Positions 16,430-25,001 of a stretch of DNA of 64,000 nt are shown here, piece by piece. The notes beneath the pieces are model-generated. The model saw only the letters and a program-made list of their open reading frames with translations. It searched no databases and was not told the DNA's origin. Origin of the DNA: Nannocystales bacterium (GTDB lineage: Bacteria > Myxococcota_A > Polyangia > Nannocystales > Nannocystaceae); NCBI GenBank assembly GCA_050633305.1, contig JBOEGF010000038.1, positions 1-64,000 on the forward strand, read 5' to 3'. Position numbers and translations under genes: made by a program. Each line of letters starts with the position of its first letter. The stretch's first letter is position 1.

Positions 16430-17626
16430 ATGATTCAAGCTTTCGTAGGACGTCAACCGATCTTCGACCGCGACATGGAGGTTGTGGGCGCCGAACTCCT
16501 GTACCGGGATTCCGCCGCCAACTCCGCTCGCATCGACGACGAGGTCGCTGCGTCTCGCTCGACCATTGTGACAGCGTTCACCGAAATCGGCATCGATGCG
16601 CTTGTTGGACGCGGCGTTGCCTACGTGAACTTCCCCGAGGACCTGCTGCTGAGTCCCAACGTCGAGGCGCTGCCGCCCTCCAAGGTGGTGGTGGAGGTGC
16701 TCGAACACGTTCCGGCTACCCCGGAAGTCCTGCAGGCGATCCGGCGACTGAAGGACGCGGGCTACACGATCGCGCTCGACGACTTCATCTACGAGGAGAG
16801 TCGTGCGGCACTCATCCCGTTGGCCGACATCATCAAGGTCGAGGTCGGCGACAAGGTTGCCATGCGCGCGACGCTCGAGGCTCTCTCACCGTACGAGGTC
16901 ACGCTGTTGGCCGAGAAGGTCGAGGACCAAGCCGACATGCGACTGTGCATGGAGCTTGGCTTCGACCTGTTTCAAGGCTACTTCCTGTGTCGACCCGAGG
17001 TTGTGACTGGCGAGAAGTTGCCCGCCAATCGCATGTCGACCCTTCGGCTGCTGTCCAAGCTCAGCGACCCTACCGTCGACTTCGGCACCCTCGTCGACCT
17101 TGTCTGTTCTGACGTGGCCTTGAGCTACCGGCTTCTGCGCTACCTGAACTCGGCCCACTTCTCGCTGCGGCAACCACTGACCGACGTGCGCCAAGCATTG
17201 GGCCTGCTTGGCTACAACAAGCTCCGGGCCTGGGTGGCTCTGGTCGCGCTGTCGAGCGTCGACGACAAGCCCGCCGAGCTCATCCGGATCGGGGTGGTGC
17301 GGGCACGGATGTGCGAACTCCTGGCCGACGACATCGGCATCGACGGTCCGACCGCCTTCACCGTGGGTCTGTTCTCGATTCTCGACGCGTTGTTCGACCG
17401 CGAGATGACCGAGCTCGTGGGTCCTCTTCCGCTCGACGACACCCTCAAGGCCGCCCTCGCGGAACGGGCCGGCCCGTTGGGACAGTTGATCACCCACGCC
17501 GAGCAATACGAGGCGGGTCGCTGGAACTCCCTGCTCGAGTCGCGGTTCTCCACCGAATCGCTCGTGGAAGCCTATCTGACCGCGAACAAGTGGACCGTCG
17601 AGGCTCTCGCCGCGCTCACCTGCTGA
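16430..17626 (+). CDS. EAL-HDOD domain protein (YuxH/PdeH-like c-di-GMP signalling)
   Basis: FVGRQPIFD, ELLYR, YVNF, VEVLE, IALDDF, LLAEKVE, FQGYF, then HDOD motifs SYRLLRYLNS, RARMCE, FTVGLFSILD. Confidence 0.92.
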   Translation: MIQAFVGRQPIFDRDMEVVGAELLYRDSAANSARIDDEVAASRSTIVTAFTEIGIDALVGRGVAYVNFPEDLLLSPNVEALPPSKVVVEVLEHVPATPEVLQAIRRLKDAGYTIALDDFIYEESRAALIPLADIIKVEVGDKVAMRATLEALSPYEVTLLAEKVEDQADMRLCMELGFDLFQGYFLCRPEVVTGEKLPANRMSTLRLLSKLSDPTVDFGTLVDLVCSDVALSYRLLRYLNSAHFSLRQPLTDVRQALGLLGYNKLRAWVALVALSSVDDKPAELIRIGVVRARMCELLADDIGIDGPTAFTVGLFSILDALFDREMTELVGPLPLDDTLKAALAERAGPLGQLITHAEQYEAGRWNSLLESRFSTESLVEAYLTANKWTVEALAALTC

Positions 17627-17707
17627 CTCGGGCTTCGGTCGCTCCTCGTAGGGGTCCGCGCTCTATGCGGTGGTCGATGGGCTACGTTCCTGGGGTAGAT
17701 TCCAGCG

Positions 17708-19249
17708 GTGCGTATCTTCGAGAGCTCGCGACCTGACATCGTCATCGAGGACTGTTCGATCACCGATTTTGCGCTCCGGCATGCCGAGCGGCTCGGAGAG
17801 AAGGCGGCGTTCGTCGACAGTACGAACGGACGGAGCATGTCCTACGCTGCGCTGGCCGACCGTATTCGTAGGCTGGCAGGTGGCCTGAAGGCACAAGGGG
17901 CAGGTCCGGGCACGACGTGGGCGCTGATGGGGCCCAACATTCCCGAGTACGCGGTCGCGTTCCATGGGCTTGCGTACGCGGGCGCGACGGTGACGACGCT
18001 CAACCCGACCTACGGGGCCGTGGAGATTGGTCACCAGCTGCGCGATTCCAAGGCGACAGCGCTCATCACGTCGCAAGCCTTCCTCGCGACAGCGCGAGAG
18101 GCCGCAAAAGCGTGCGGCATCGAGCACGTGTACCTGCTGGACGACGGGGATGCGCCGCCGCTTTCGTCGTTGGAGGGCGAGCCTCTCGCCGAACAAGTCG
18201 AGGTGGACTACGCGGCCCATGTTGTCGCGCTTCCCTACTCCTCGGGCACCACCGGTTTCCCCAAGGGGGTGATGCTCACCCACCGAAACCTGGTCGCGAA
18301 CCTCTGTCAGGCGCGCCCGTTCTTCAACCTGGGCGAAGACGATGTCTGCTTCGCGGTTTTGCCGTTTTTCCACATCTACGGCATGCAGGTCTTGATGAAC
18401 ATGGCGCTGGGACATGGGGCTACGGTCGTCACTGCGCCGCGCTTTGACCTGGTCAAGATGCTCGAGTTGGTGCCCGAGCAAGGGATCACTCGGTTGTTCC
18501 TCGTTCCACCCATCGTGCTCGCGCTGGCCAAGCAGCCCGTCGTCGACGACTACGACATGAGCAGCGTGAAGCAGATCTACTCCGGTGCCGCGCCGCTCCC
18601 GGAGGACGTCGCATCCGCAGCGGCCAGACGACTCGACTGCGGCATCGGCCAGGGCTACGGTCTCACGGAGACGTCCCCAGTGCTCACCACCACGGACACC
18701 AAGGACTACCGGGCAGGCTCGGTCGGGACGGTGATTCCGAACACGCAGATCCGCCTCGTCGATCCTGAGACGGGCGAAGATGCGGAGCCCGGAGAGCGTG
18801 GAGAGCTCTGGGCACGCGGACCACAGGTGACGGGTGGCTACTTCGGCAATGCGGGCGCTACGGCGGCCACGATCGACGATGACGGTTGGCTGCACACCGG
18901 CGATGTCGCGGTGGTCGACGAGGACGGGTACTTCTACATCGTCGATCGGCTCAAGGAGCTGATCAAGGTCAACGGTTTCCAGGTCGCCCCGGCTGAACTC
19001 GAAGCACGGCTGCTCCAACACGAGGCGATCGTCGATGCCGCCGTCATCGGGATTCCAGACGAAGAAGCGGGCGAACGACCCAAGGGCTTCATCGTCACGG
19101 CACCTGGGGCGACCCTCGATGCTCAGTCCGTCATCGCATTCGCGGCGGAGAACTTGGTGTCCTACAAGGAGCTGGCCGCGGTCGAGTTCCTCGAGGCGAT
19201 TCCCAAGTCGGCGAGCGGAAAGATCCTGCGTCGGCAACTCAGGGAGTGA
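17708..19249 (+). CDS. 4-coumarate-CoA ligase-like AMP-binding enzyme
   Basis: LPYSSGTTGFPKGVMLTH, LPFFHIYG, GQGYGLTE, GWLHTGD, IVDRLKELIK, PKSASGKILRR. Confidence 0.92.
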   Translation: MRIFESSRPDIVIEDCSITDFALRHAERLGEKAAFVDSTNGRSMSYAALADRIRRLAGGLKAQGAGPGTTWALMGPNIPEYAVAFHGLAYAGATVTTLNPTYGAVEIGHQLRDSKATALITSQAFLATAREAAKACGIEHVYLLDDGDAPPLSSLEGEPLAEQVEVDYAAHVVALPYSSGTTGFPKGVMLTHRNLVANLCQARPFFNLGEDDVCFAVLPFFHIYGMQVLMNMALGHGATVVTAPRFDLVKMLELVPEQGITRLFLVPPIVLALAKQPVVDDYDMSSVKQIYSGAAPLPEDVASAAARRLDCGIGQGYGLTETSPVLTTTDTKDYRAGSVGTVIPNTQIRLVDPETGEDAEPGERGELWARGPQVTGGYFGNAGATAATIDDDGWLHTGDVAVVDEDGYFYIVDRLKELIKVNGFQVAPAELEARLLQHEAIVDAAVIGIPDEEAGERPKGFIVTAPGATLDAQSVIAFAAENLVSYKELAAVEFLEAIPKSASGKILRRQLRE

Positions 19250-19340
19250 CGGCTCCCTGCGTCTTGGCTCGCGGGGCGCAACCGCGAGGAACGGCCGCGG
19301 AGGGTGGGGCAATGCACCCCCTGCGGCCCGAGCAGCTCGG

Positions 19341-19757
19341 CTACTTCTTGTTCAGCGCGCGGTCGGTCTGCGCGATGCCCTTGTTGTAGCCTTTGATGCG
19401 TCGCTGTGACGCGCGGAGGGACTTGAGCTCCTCTGCGTTGGCTGCTTTGGTCGCCCGGAGCTTTGCCAGCTCCTTGGTGGTCGTTGCGAGGTCTTTGGTG
19501 ACCGTGCGCAGGGCCCCGCGAGTCTCGACGGAGGAGGCCTTCTTGACCCGGGCGGTCGCGAGCTTCTTACGCTTGGTTTGCGTCGCTTTCCGCTTCGTCA
19601 GTCGCTTGACGGCTGCCAGGTGCTTCTTGGCGTCGGCGGTGCGGACCGTGACGGCCTTGTCCACTGCGGCGGTGGCCACAGCGAGTTTCTCAAGCGCAGT
19701 TTGCAGGTTCTTCTCGACGAAGGAGCTCTTCGCCACGGCCTTTTTTGCTTTTGCCAT
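19341..19757 (-). CDS. Highly basic Lys/Ala-rich helical protein (138 aa)
   Basis: MAKAKKAVAK...RALNKK; about 26 Lys and 12 Arg versus about 10 acidic residues; no Pro, Cys or Trp; AGGA-like RBS upstream. Confidence 0.75.
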   Translation of the reverse strand: MAKAKKAVAKSSFVEKNLQTALEKLAVATAAVDKAVTVRTADAKKHLAAVKRLTKRKATQTKRKKLATARVKKASSVETRGALRTVTKDLATTTKELAKLRATKAANAEELKSLRASQRRIKGYNKGIAQTDRALNKK

Positions 19758-20115
19758 CTTGGTTTTCCTGGTCCCATCGACGTGTCGCGATGGAGGCAAA
19801 CCACAATGTTTCGGAGGCCGCAGGGCCCGCAAGCTCTCTGAGCTGCAAATTTCGTCGGCTGAACGACCCCGGCCGGCGACGCTGGGGCAAGAGACCGCAA
19901 CTCGCCTAGTCGCCGAGATCACCGTTCTAAGCGGTGTTTGAGGCCAACCCGCCGCGTTCGAGAACGCGACGAATGGCGCTACCGACCGCGATAAAGTCCT
20001 CGGCGACGCGGAAAAACCTTCGCGAATCGCAGAGATCATTCACCATCGAACACGGTTTTTGGGATCGCGGTACCTCGGACGAACAGAGGGGGCGGGCGGA
20101 TGTCCGGTGCCTTGA

Positions 20116-20176
20116 AGGGACAGATCCTGTCCCTAAGAGCAAGGAGCCGCGCTCGTGCGAGAACTCCGAGCGCGGC
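20116..20176. terminator. Two tandem hairpins downstream of the amidase gene
   Basis: AGGGACAG-ATC-CTGTCCCT (20116-20134) and GCCGCGCTCG...CGAGCGCGGC (20146-20176). Confidence 0.4.
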
Positions 20177-20191
20177 AGGTGTCCACGCGCT

Positions 20192-21769
20192 CTAGGGCGT
20201 CACGGGAACGTGCGGGTAGCCGTCGCGTTGACGTGCGAGACCCTCGAGCAGGCCCATGACGGCCAAGACTTCCGGCTCTTCCCAGGGGCGACCCACGACC
20301 TGGACCGAGACCGGCAAACCCACGCTCTGCGACTCGATCTCCGCAGCCTTCTTCTCGATTCGGTCCTGCGGCCTGACGCGTCGGGTTTCATCGACCCGGA
20401 CTCGGGAGATCGGGACGACTCCGCCTGGCTGGTCGAGGAGGTTGTACCGAGACAGGCTCGCGAAGCCGACGGTGAAGTCATGGCTCATCCCGTGGGGAAC
20501 CGCTGGGGTGGCGAGGGCCGGTGTGATGAGGACGTCGATGCCCTCCCTGTCCCAGAAGGCCATCTCCTCGTTACGGATGCGGTTGCGGCGATCTGCGAGC
20601 GCCCACATTTCGTGGGTTCGCTTCTCACCGAGGGCGTCCAACACGTCGGCGGCTCGGGTCTCGCCCATCATACGAGCGACCTTGGAGAGGCCAGCCCGGA
20701 CGTGGCGTGGGGATCGGTTGGCCATGGCCACGGTGCGTAGCGGTTGAGCGAAGGGCTCGCCGTCCAAGCCCTCCAGCAAGGTGTGCAGGCCATCCGCCGA
20801 CATCGCCGAGAGGAACAGCTGGAGGTTCTCGTGGACGTTGGGCGGGCGAACTCGCTTGATGCGTACCCCCGCGTCTGCGAGGAGGTTTGCTGCCTCTTCG
20901 ACGGCGCGCTGGACGGAGGCCGCGGGGGTCAGGTAGCCATCGTCGTCGTAGTACCCGACGGTGAGCGTCGTGGGTTCGATCGCGTCGGGATCGCGGAACG
21001 GGACCGGAGGAATGCCGCGGTCGCCCGCATAGTGCTCGGGCCGGTCGAGGGCCTTCATGAACAACACCAGGTCGTCGGTCGAGCGACCCATTGGTCCGAT
21101 CTGAGGTCGAATGAACTCTTGCCCGGGGATCGATCCCTGCGACCCGCGGTTGGACCATCGGCCCGCAGTCGGCTTGAGGCCGTAGACGCCGCATAGGGCC
21201 GCGGGCGAGCGGATCGAACCACCCACATCCGTACCGACGCCCAACACGCTGGTGCCCGAGGCGAGAACGGCTCCCTCGCCTCCACTGCTTCCGCCAGGGG
21301 CTCGCCCGAGGTTCCACGGGTTGTTGGTCGTCCCGAACAGTTCGTTGGTGCTCTCGAACGGAGCGAGCAGAGTTTGAGGGACGTTGGTCTTGCCGAGCAG
21401 GACCGCGCCTTGGGCAAGAGCGAGCCGAACGACCAGCGCGTTGTGGACCGGGCGTTCGTCTCGCCTCGCCTTCATGCCGCACGTCGTCGAGACACCGACC
21501 GTATCGACCGACTCTTTGACGGAGAGTGGGATGCCATGGAGCGCGCCACATGGCTTGCCTTCCTTGCGGTCTGCGTCCCGCTGGTCGGCCTCCCGGAGCG
21601 CTCGGTCGCGGAACTCGTGCGCGAATCCGTTGACTCTTGGCTCGACCTCGTCGGCTCGTCGATGGAGGTCCTCGACGATCTCACGCGAGGTGACCTCGCC
21701 TTCGTCGAGCAGCGCCTTGAGTTCGGTGGCCGTATGCGCGTGGAGCGATCGACTCATCGCGGAGATCAT
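20192..21769 (-). CDS. Amidase-signature family hydrolase (FAAH-like)
   Basis: LHGIPLSVKE (catalytic Lys), GKTNVPQ, PGGSSGGE, GTDVGGSIR. ATG 21769 overlaps the upstream TGA. Confidence 0.92.
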   Translation of the reverse strand: MISAMSRSLHAHTATELKALLDEGEVTSREIVEDLHRRADEVEPRVNGFAHEFRDRALREADQRDADRKEGKPCGALHGIPLSVKESVDTVGVSTTCGMKARRDERPVHNALVVRLALAQGAVLLGKTNVPQTLLAPFESTNELFGTTNNPWNLGRAPGGSSGGEGAVLASGTSVLGVGTDVGGSIRSPAALCGVYGLKPTAGRWSNRGSQGSIPGQEFIRPQIGPMGRSTDDLVLFMKALDRPEHYAGDRGIPPVPFRDPDAIEPTTLTVGYYDDDGYLTPAASVQRAVEEAANLLADAGVRIKRVRPPNVHENLQLFLSAMSADGLHTLLEGLDGEPFAQPLRTVAMANRSPRHVRAGLSKVARMMGETRAADVLDALGEKRTHEMWALADRRNRIRNEEMAFWDREGIDVLITPALATPAVPHGMSHDFTVGFASLSRYNLLDQPGGVVPISRVRVDETRRVRPQDRIEKKAAEIESQSVGLPVSVQVVGRPWEEPEVLAVMGLLEGLARQRDGYPHVPVTP

Positions 21770-22674
21770 ACCGTCGCCGTGGACCAAAGGGCGGCGCACC
21801 ACCCCAACATCAGCAGGTTGAGTGCGAGCGCTGCCATGAAGACGAACCGGACGCATCCGCGGCGGTCTTGGGCGTCGGCGTCACGCCAGAGCAATGCGCC
21901 GACGAGCAGCGCCACCACAGGCCCGGCTTCGACCGAGAACCAGGTTGTCTGAGGCATGTCGGTGAGGACGAACGGGGTCATGAAGGTGGCGACGGCGAGG
22001 AGCTGTAAGATGTGCTTGCGAGCGCGGTCCGCCCCAAACCGAACCGGCCACGTTCGTTTCTTCGTGGCCGCGTCGGGCTGGGTATCGGGGAGTGCGGTGT
22101 TGATGTTGCCTGCGAACCCCAGGATGAACAGCGGGACGAGGGCGGGCCACGGCATCGCCTGCAAGGAGCCGGTCACCGTGTAGAAGCCGATCATCGGGAG
22201 GATCAGGCCAAGTCCCAGCCCCTGCGCCACCTCGCCGTAGCCGCGGTAGGACAAGCGAAGGGGTGCATAGCTGTACGCCCACATCAGGGCGATGCCCGCG
22301 ACCCACAGTGGGAAGAGCAGGGGACGCCGCATGCCGAGAGCCATCGTGGCAGCAAGTCCCAGCAGGGCGGCGGCAGCGAGCCATGACGCCCTTCGCAGGG
22401 CTTGGCGGGAAATCTTGCCCTCCACGAGCACCCGAGAGCCGCCCGAGAACGGGGTCGCGTGTTTGTTGGCCCGGTCGGACTCCTCGTCGGCCACGTCGTT
22501 GGCAAACACGATGAACAGCTGGTCGAGGACCACGGCGAGGTGGGTCAGGAGAACCAAACGCAGGTCCCACTCCCCCACGAGGGCCCACCCAAGGACTTCC
22601 CCGACCAACAGCGGCATCGCGAGGTTCGCGTGCGCGAGGGGGCGCGCGGCCTGAATCCATGCCGAGAGCTTCAC
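21766..22674 (-). CDS. UbiA/MenA-family prenyltransferase
   Basis: WIQAARP, NDVADEESD (first Asp-rich motif), FSGGSRVL, YSYAPLRLSYRGYGE, PD..PDAATKKRT.PVRFG, multiple TM helices. The GTG start is inferred. Confidence 0.85.
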   Translation of the reverse strand: MKLSAWIQAARPLAHANLAMPLLVGEVLGWALVGEWDLRLVLLTHLAVVLDQLFIVFANDVADEESDRANKHATPFSGGSRVLVEGKISRQALRRASWLAAAALLGLAATMALGMRRPLLFPLWVAGIALMWAYSYAPLRLSYRGYGEVAQGLGLGLILPMIGFYTVTGSLQAMPWPALVPLFILGFAGNINTALPDTQPDAATKKRTWPVRFGADRARKHILQLLAVATFMTPFVLTDMPQTTWFSVEAGPVVALLVGALLWRDADAQDRRGCVRFVFMAALALNLLMLGWCAALWSTATV

Positions 22675-22868
22675 GACGCTCGGAGTACAGCACATTGGAG
22701 CTGTTCGCCGACGCCGTCGCCCTGGAAAATGGCCGGTTTGGCGCTGGCTTCCCTTTCCTCGGTCAACCTCCTTGAGGCGATGTGGAGCGGCGCCCAGGAC
22801 CGCAGGTGTCCTCAGCACCAGCTGCGGAGCCTTTCCAGCCGTTCGGTGCGGTGGTAGACGACCTCCCG

Positions 22869-23447
22869 ATGCGGCCTTGGATTCTATGGAGCGTTCTGCT
22901 CGGGCTCGCGCCCGGGTGTGACACGCAGAGCTCGGAAGCCGAGTCGGCACCCGACGAGTACCTCAGCCGAGACGTGGTCGAGAGCATCCCCGACGGAGAC
23001 GCCGCTGGAGACACCTTCTCAGGGTCCTACCAAACACGCGCGACGGTCATCTCTTGTGTCGGCGACTGTGGACCCATCGAGACCGGTGGCACGAGCTACG
23101 CAGTGTGCGAGCGGGATGCGGAGTCGGTCGAGTGGATCACGGCCTACCAAGAGGACGGAACCCTGCGTGTCGACCTGGACGACGATGGGCACATCGGGAT
23201 CAACCTCGACGGCTACATCCCGGTCCGGCTCGAGGGAGGCATCGACTCGGATGGGAGCTGGGATGTGGGAGGCCACGGGACGAAGTTCGGGGGCGAGCTG
23301 GAATCTACGGCTCGAGCCCGAGGAACCGTCGGGGTTGGGGAGCCTCTCGAGGGCACCGTGGAGGTGCACGTCTTCGGCGTCGTCGCGCAGACCGAGACCG
23401 ACTGCTATATGACGCAGCGTCTGGTCTCCGTCGAAGAGCCAGAGTAA
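22869..23447 (+). CDS. Hypothetical lipoprotein
   Basis: MRPWILWSVLLGLAPGC lipobox; beta-rich mature part. Confidence 0.72.
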   Translation: MRPWILWSVLLGLAPGCDTQSSEAESAPDEYLSRDVVESIPDGDAAGDTFSGSYQTRATVISCVGDCGPIETGGTSYAVCERDAESVEWITAYQEDGTLRVDLDDDGHIGINLDGYIPVRLEGGIDSDGSWDVGGHGTKFGGELESTARARGTVGVGEPLEGTVEVHVFGVVAQTETDCYMTQRLVSVEEPE

Positions 23448-23606
23448 GAGCCGTGTCGCGGGGCGGTGTCGCGAAGGTTGCAGCTCACGGTGCGAGCGCT
23501 GTGCGCTGTGCGCCGTATCGCAGGTCGTCCGGGGCGACTCCCGAACAGCGCCCGTTCCTGCCCCGAGCGATCCGTCCCCATGTCCGAGTGATACCCTCGT
23601 CTCACG

Positions 23607-24734
23607 GTGGATTGGGGATGGGGGCGGAGGCTTGGACTCTTGGCGGGAAGCCTCACGGCGCTCGGCTCAGGATGTTCGCCGTCGGTGTTTCAGTGCGCCG
23701 AAGATGTCCAGTGCGAACCCTCGGGCTTCTGCGAACCTTCCGGCTTCTGCTCTTTTCTCGATGAAAGCTGCCCCAGCGGCCGCCGGTACGGCCCGTTTGC
23801 TGGGAACGAACTCGGCGACAGCTGTGTTGTTTCCGACTCCGGGTCGTCGAGCAGCGCGGTGGGTCCGACGAGCACGACTCCGGACCTCGACAGCACGGGA
23901 GCGGGCAGCGGCACCAGCACTGGCGATGCGACAACCACGGCACCGGTCCCGATCTCCGGGGGCAGCTCGAGCTCCGGCAGCGAACCATCGACGGGCGGTG
24001 GGGACGCCTCGAGCACCGGGCCTGGGGTGCTCGGGCGGGTCGAAGATGGGTTGGTCGTGCTCTACCGTCTCGATGAAGTGGATGGGCTGATCGTCCACGA
24101 CACGGCACCTGTCAGTCCCGCCATCGACCTGAGCTTGAGCGGGTCCGGGTTCACGTGGGTTCCGGGCGGCCTGCAGTTCCACGGGGCCAATGACACCATC
24201 GCCGCCTCGACGACATCGACGACCAAGCTCAACACGGCCTGCGCGGACAGCAATGAGATCTCGCTGGAGTCCTGGGTCACCCCGAACGTCGTCGGCACAG
24301 CCGGGCCGCCACGGATCGTGACGTATAGCGAGGACTCCTCGAGCCGGAACTTCTCGCTCATGGTGGGAAGCGATGTGACCGGAAAACTCCCTCCCGCGGT
24401 TCGGGGACGGTTTCGCACCGACGCAAAGGTCCCCAACGGGACGCCATCCATGGTGACGGAGCTCGAGAGCTCCGCAAAGGAACAACTCGCGCACATTGTC
24501 TACGTGCGACAGAGCGATGGAGACGAGCAGATGTTCGTCGACGGGTCTCTCGAGGCCGAGACGACGCGCGCGGGGGACTTGTCGGTCTGGGATACGACCG
24601 AGGCCATGCGTTTGGCGCTGGGCAACGAGTTCATCGACTCGCGTCCGTTCGACGGCACGCTGCACCTCGTCGCGGTGTACTGCCGCGCGCTCCCGCTCGA
24701 AGACGTCGAGCAGAACTTCGTCGCCGGGTTCTAG
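23607..24734 (+). CDS. Lipoprotein with LamG/concanavalin A-like domain
   Basis: LGSGC lipobox; Cys module C..D.QC...GFCE..GFCSF...CPSGRRYG; S/T linker; LamG motifs LVVLYRLDE, ISLESWV, LALGNE, FDGTLHLVAVY. Confidence 0.82.
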   Translation: MDWGWGRRLGLLAGSLTALGSGCSPSVFQCAEDVQCEPSGFCEPSGFCSFLDESCPSGRRYGPFAGNELGDSCVVSDSGSSSSAVGPTSTTPDLDSTGAGSGTSTGDATTTAPVPISGGSSSSGSEPSTGGGDASSTGPGVLGRVEDGLVVLYRLDEVDGLIVHDTAPVSPAIDLSLSGSGFTWVPGGLQFHGANDTIAASTTSTTKLNTACADSNEISLESWVTPNVVGTAGPPRIVTYSEDSSSRNFSLMVGSDVTGKLPPAVRGRFRTDAKVPNGTPSMVTELESSAKEQLAHIVYVRQSDGDEQMFVDGSLEAETTRAGDLSVWDTTEAMRLALGNEFIDSRPFDGTLHLVAVYCRALPLEDVEQNFVAGF

Positions 24735-24895
24735 GGAGACGAACCGCTAAAACACGCGTGTCAGAGGGCGTCTGGGGGTAGCTGTGGCTAGGAGAGAGGC
24801 CGAAGCCGTGTCGGGAACACGGTGAGCGCTGAACGACACCACCACTGCTCGCGCCAGGCGTGCACTGGCGCGCGTGTTTTAGCGGTTCGTCTCTC
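24734..24895. mobile_element. MITE-like element (~160 bp) with long terminal inverted repeats
   Basis: Perfect 23-bp IR GAGACGAACCGCTAAAACACGCG (24736-24758) with CGCGTGTTTTAGCGGTTCGTCTC (24871-24893), extendable to about 30 bp with transition mismatches. No coding capacity; starts at the CTAG of the upstream stop codon. Confidence 0.7.
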
Positions 24896-25001
24896 GAGGG
24901 GGCTCCGGTAGCGTCACCAGTCGAGCGGACCCCAGCTCGGCAAACGCCTTTGGCGGCACGCCCAGGAAGGCTGTGCCGCCGTTCCGAATCGGCCGCTCGT
25001 G

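Noticed and set aside
17663..19312. 549-aa minus-strand ORF, and similar long shadow ORFs such as 12498-13853, 32319-33797, 34117-35673, 39456-41396 and 45330-46466
   Set aside because: They are antisense to well-supported genes, expected from high-GC codon bias, and carry no recognisable motifs.
19790..19850. GGCAAACC...CGCAAGC resembling a c-di-GMP-I riboswitch
   Set aside because: Wrong strand for the adjacent gene, and it lacks the GAAA tetraloop and P2 architecture.
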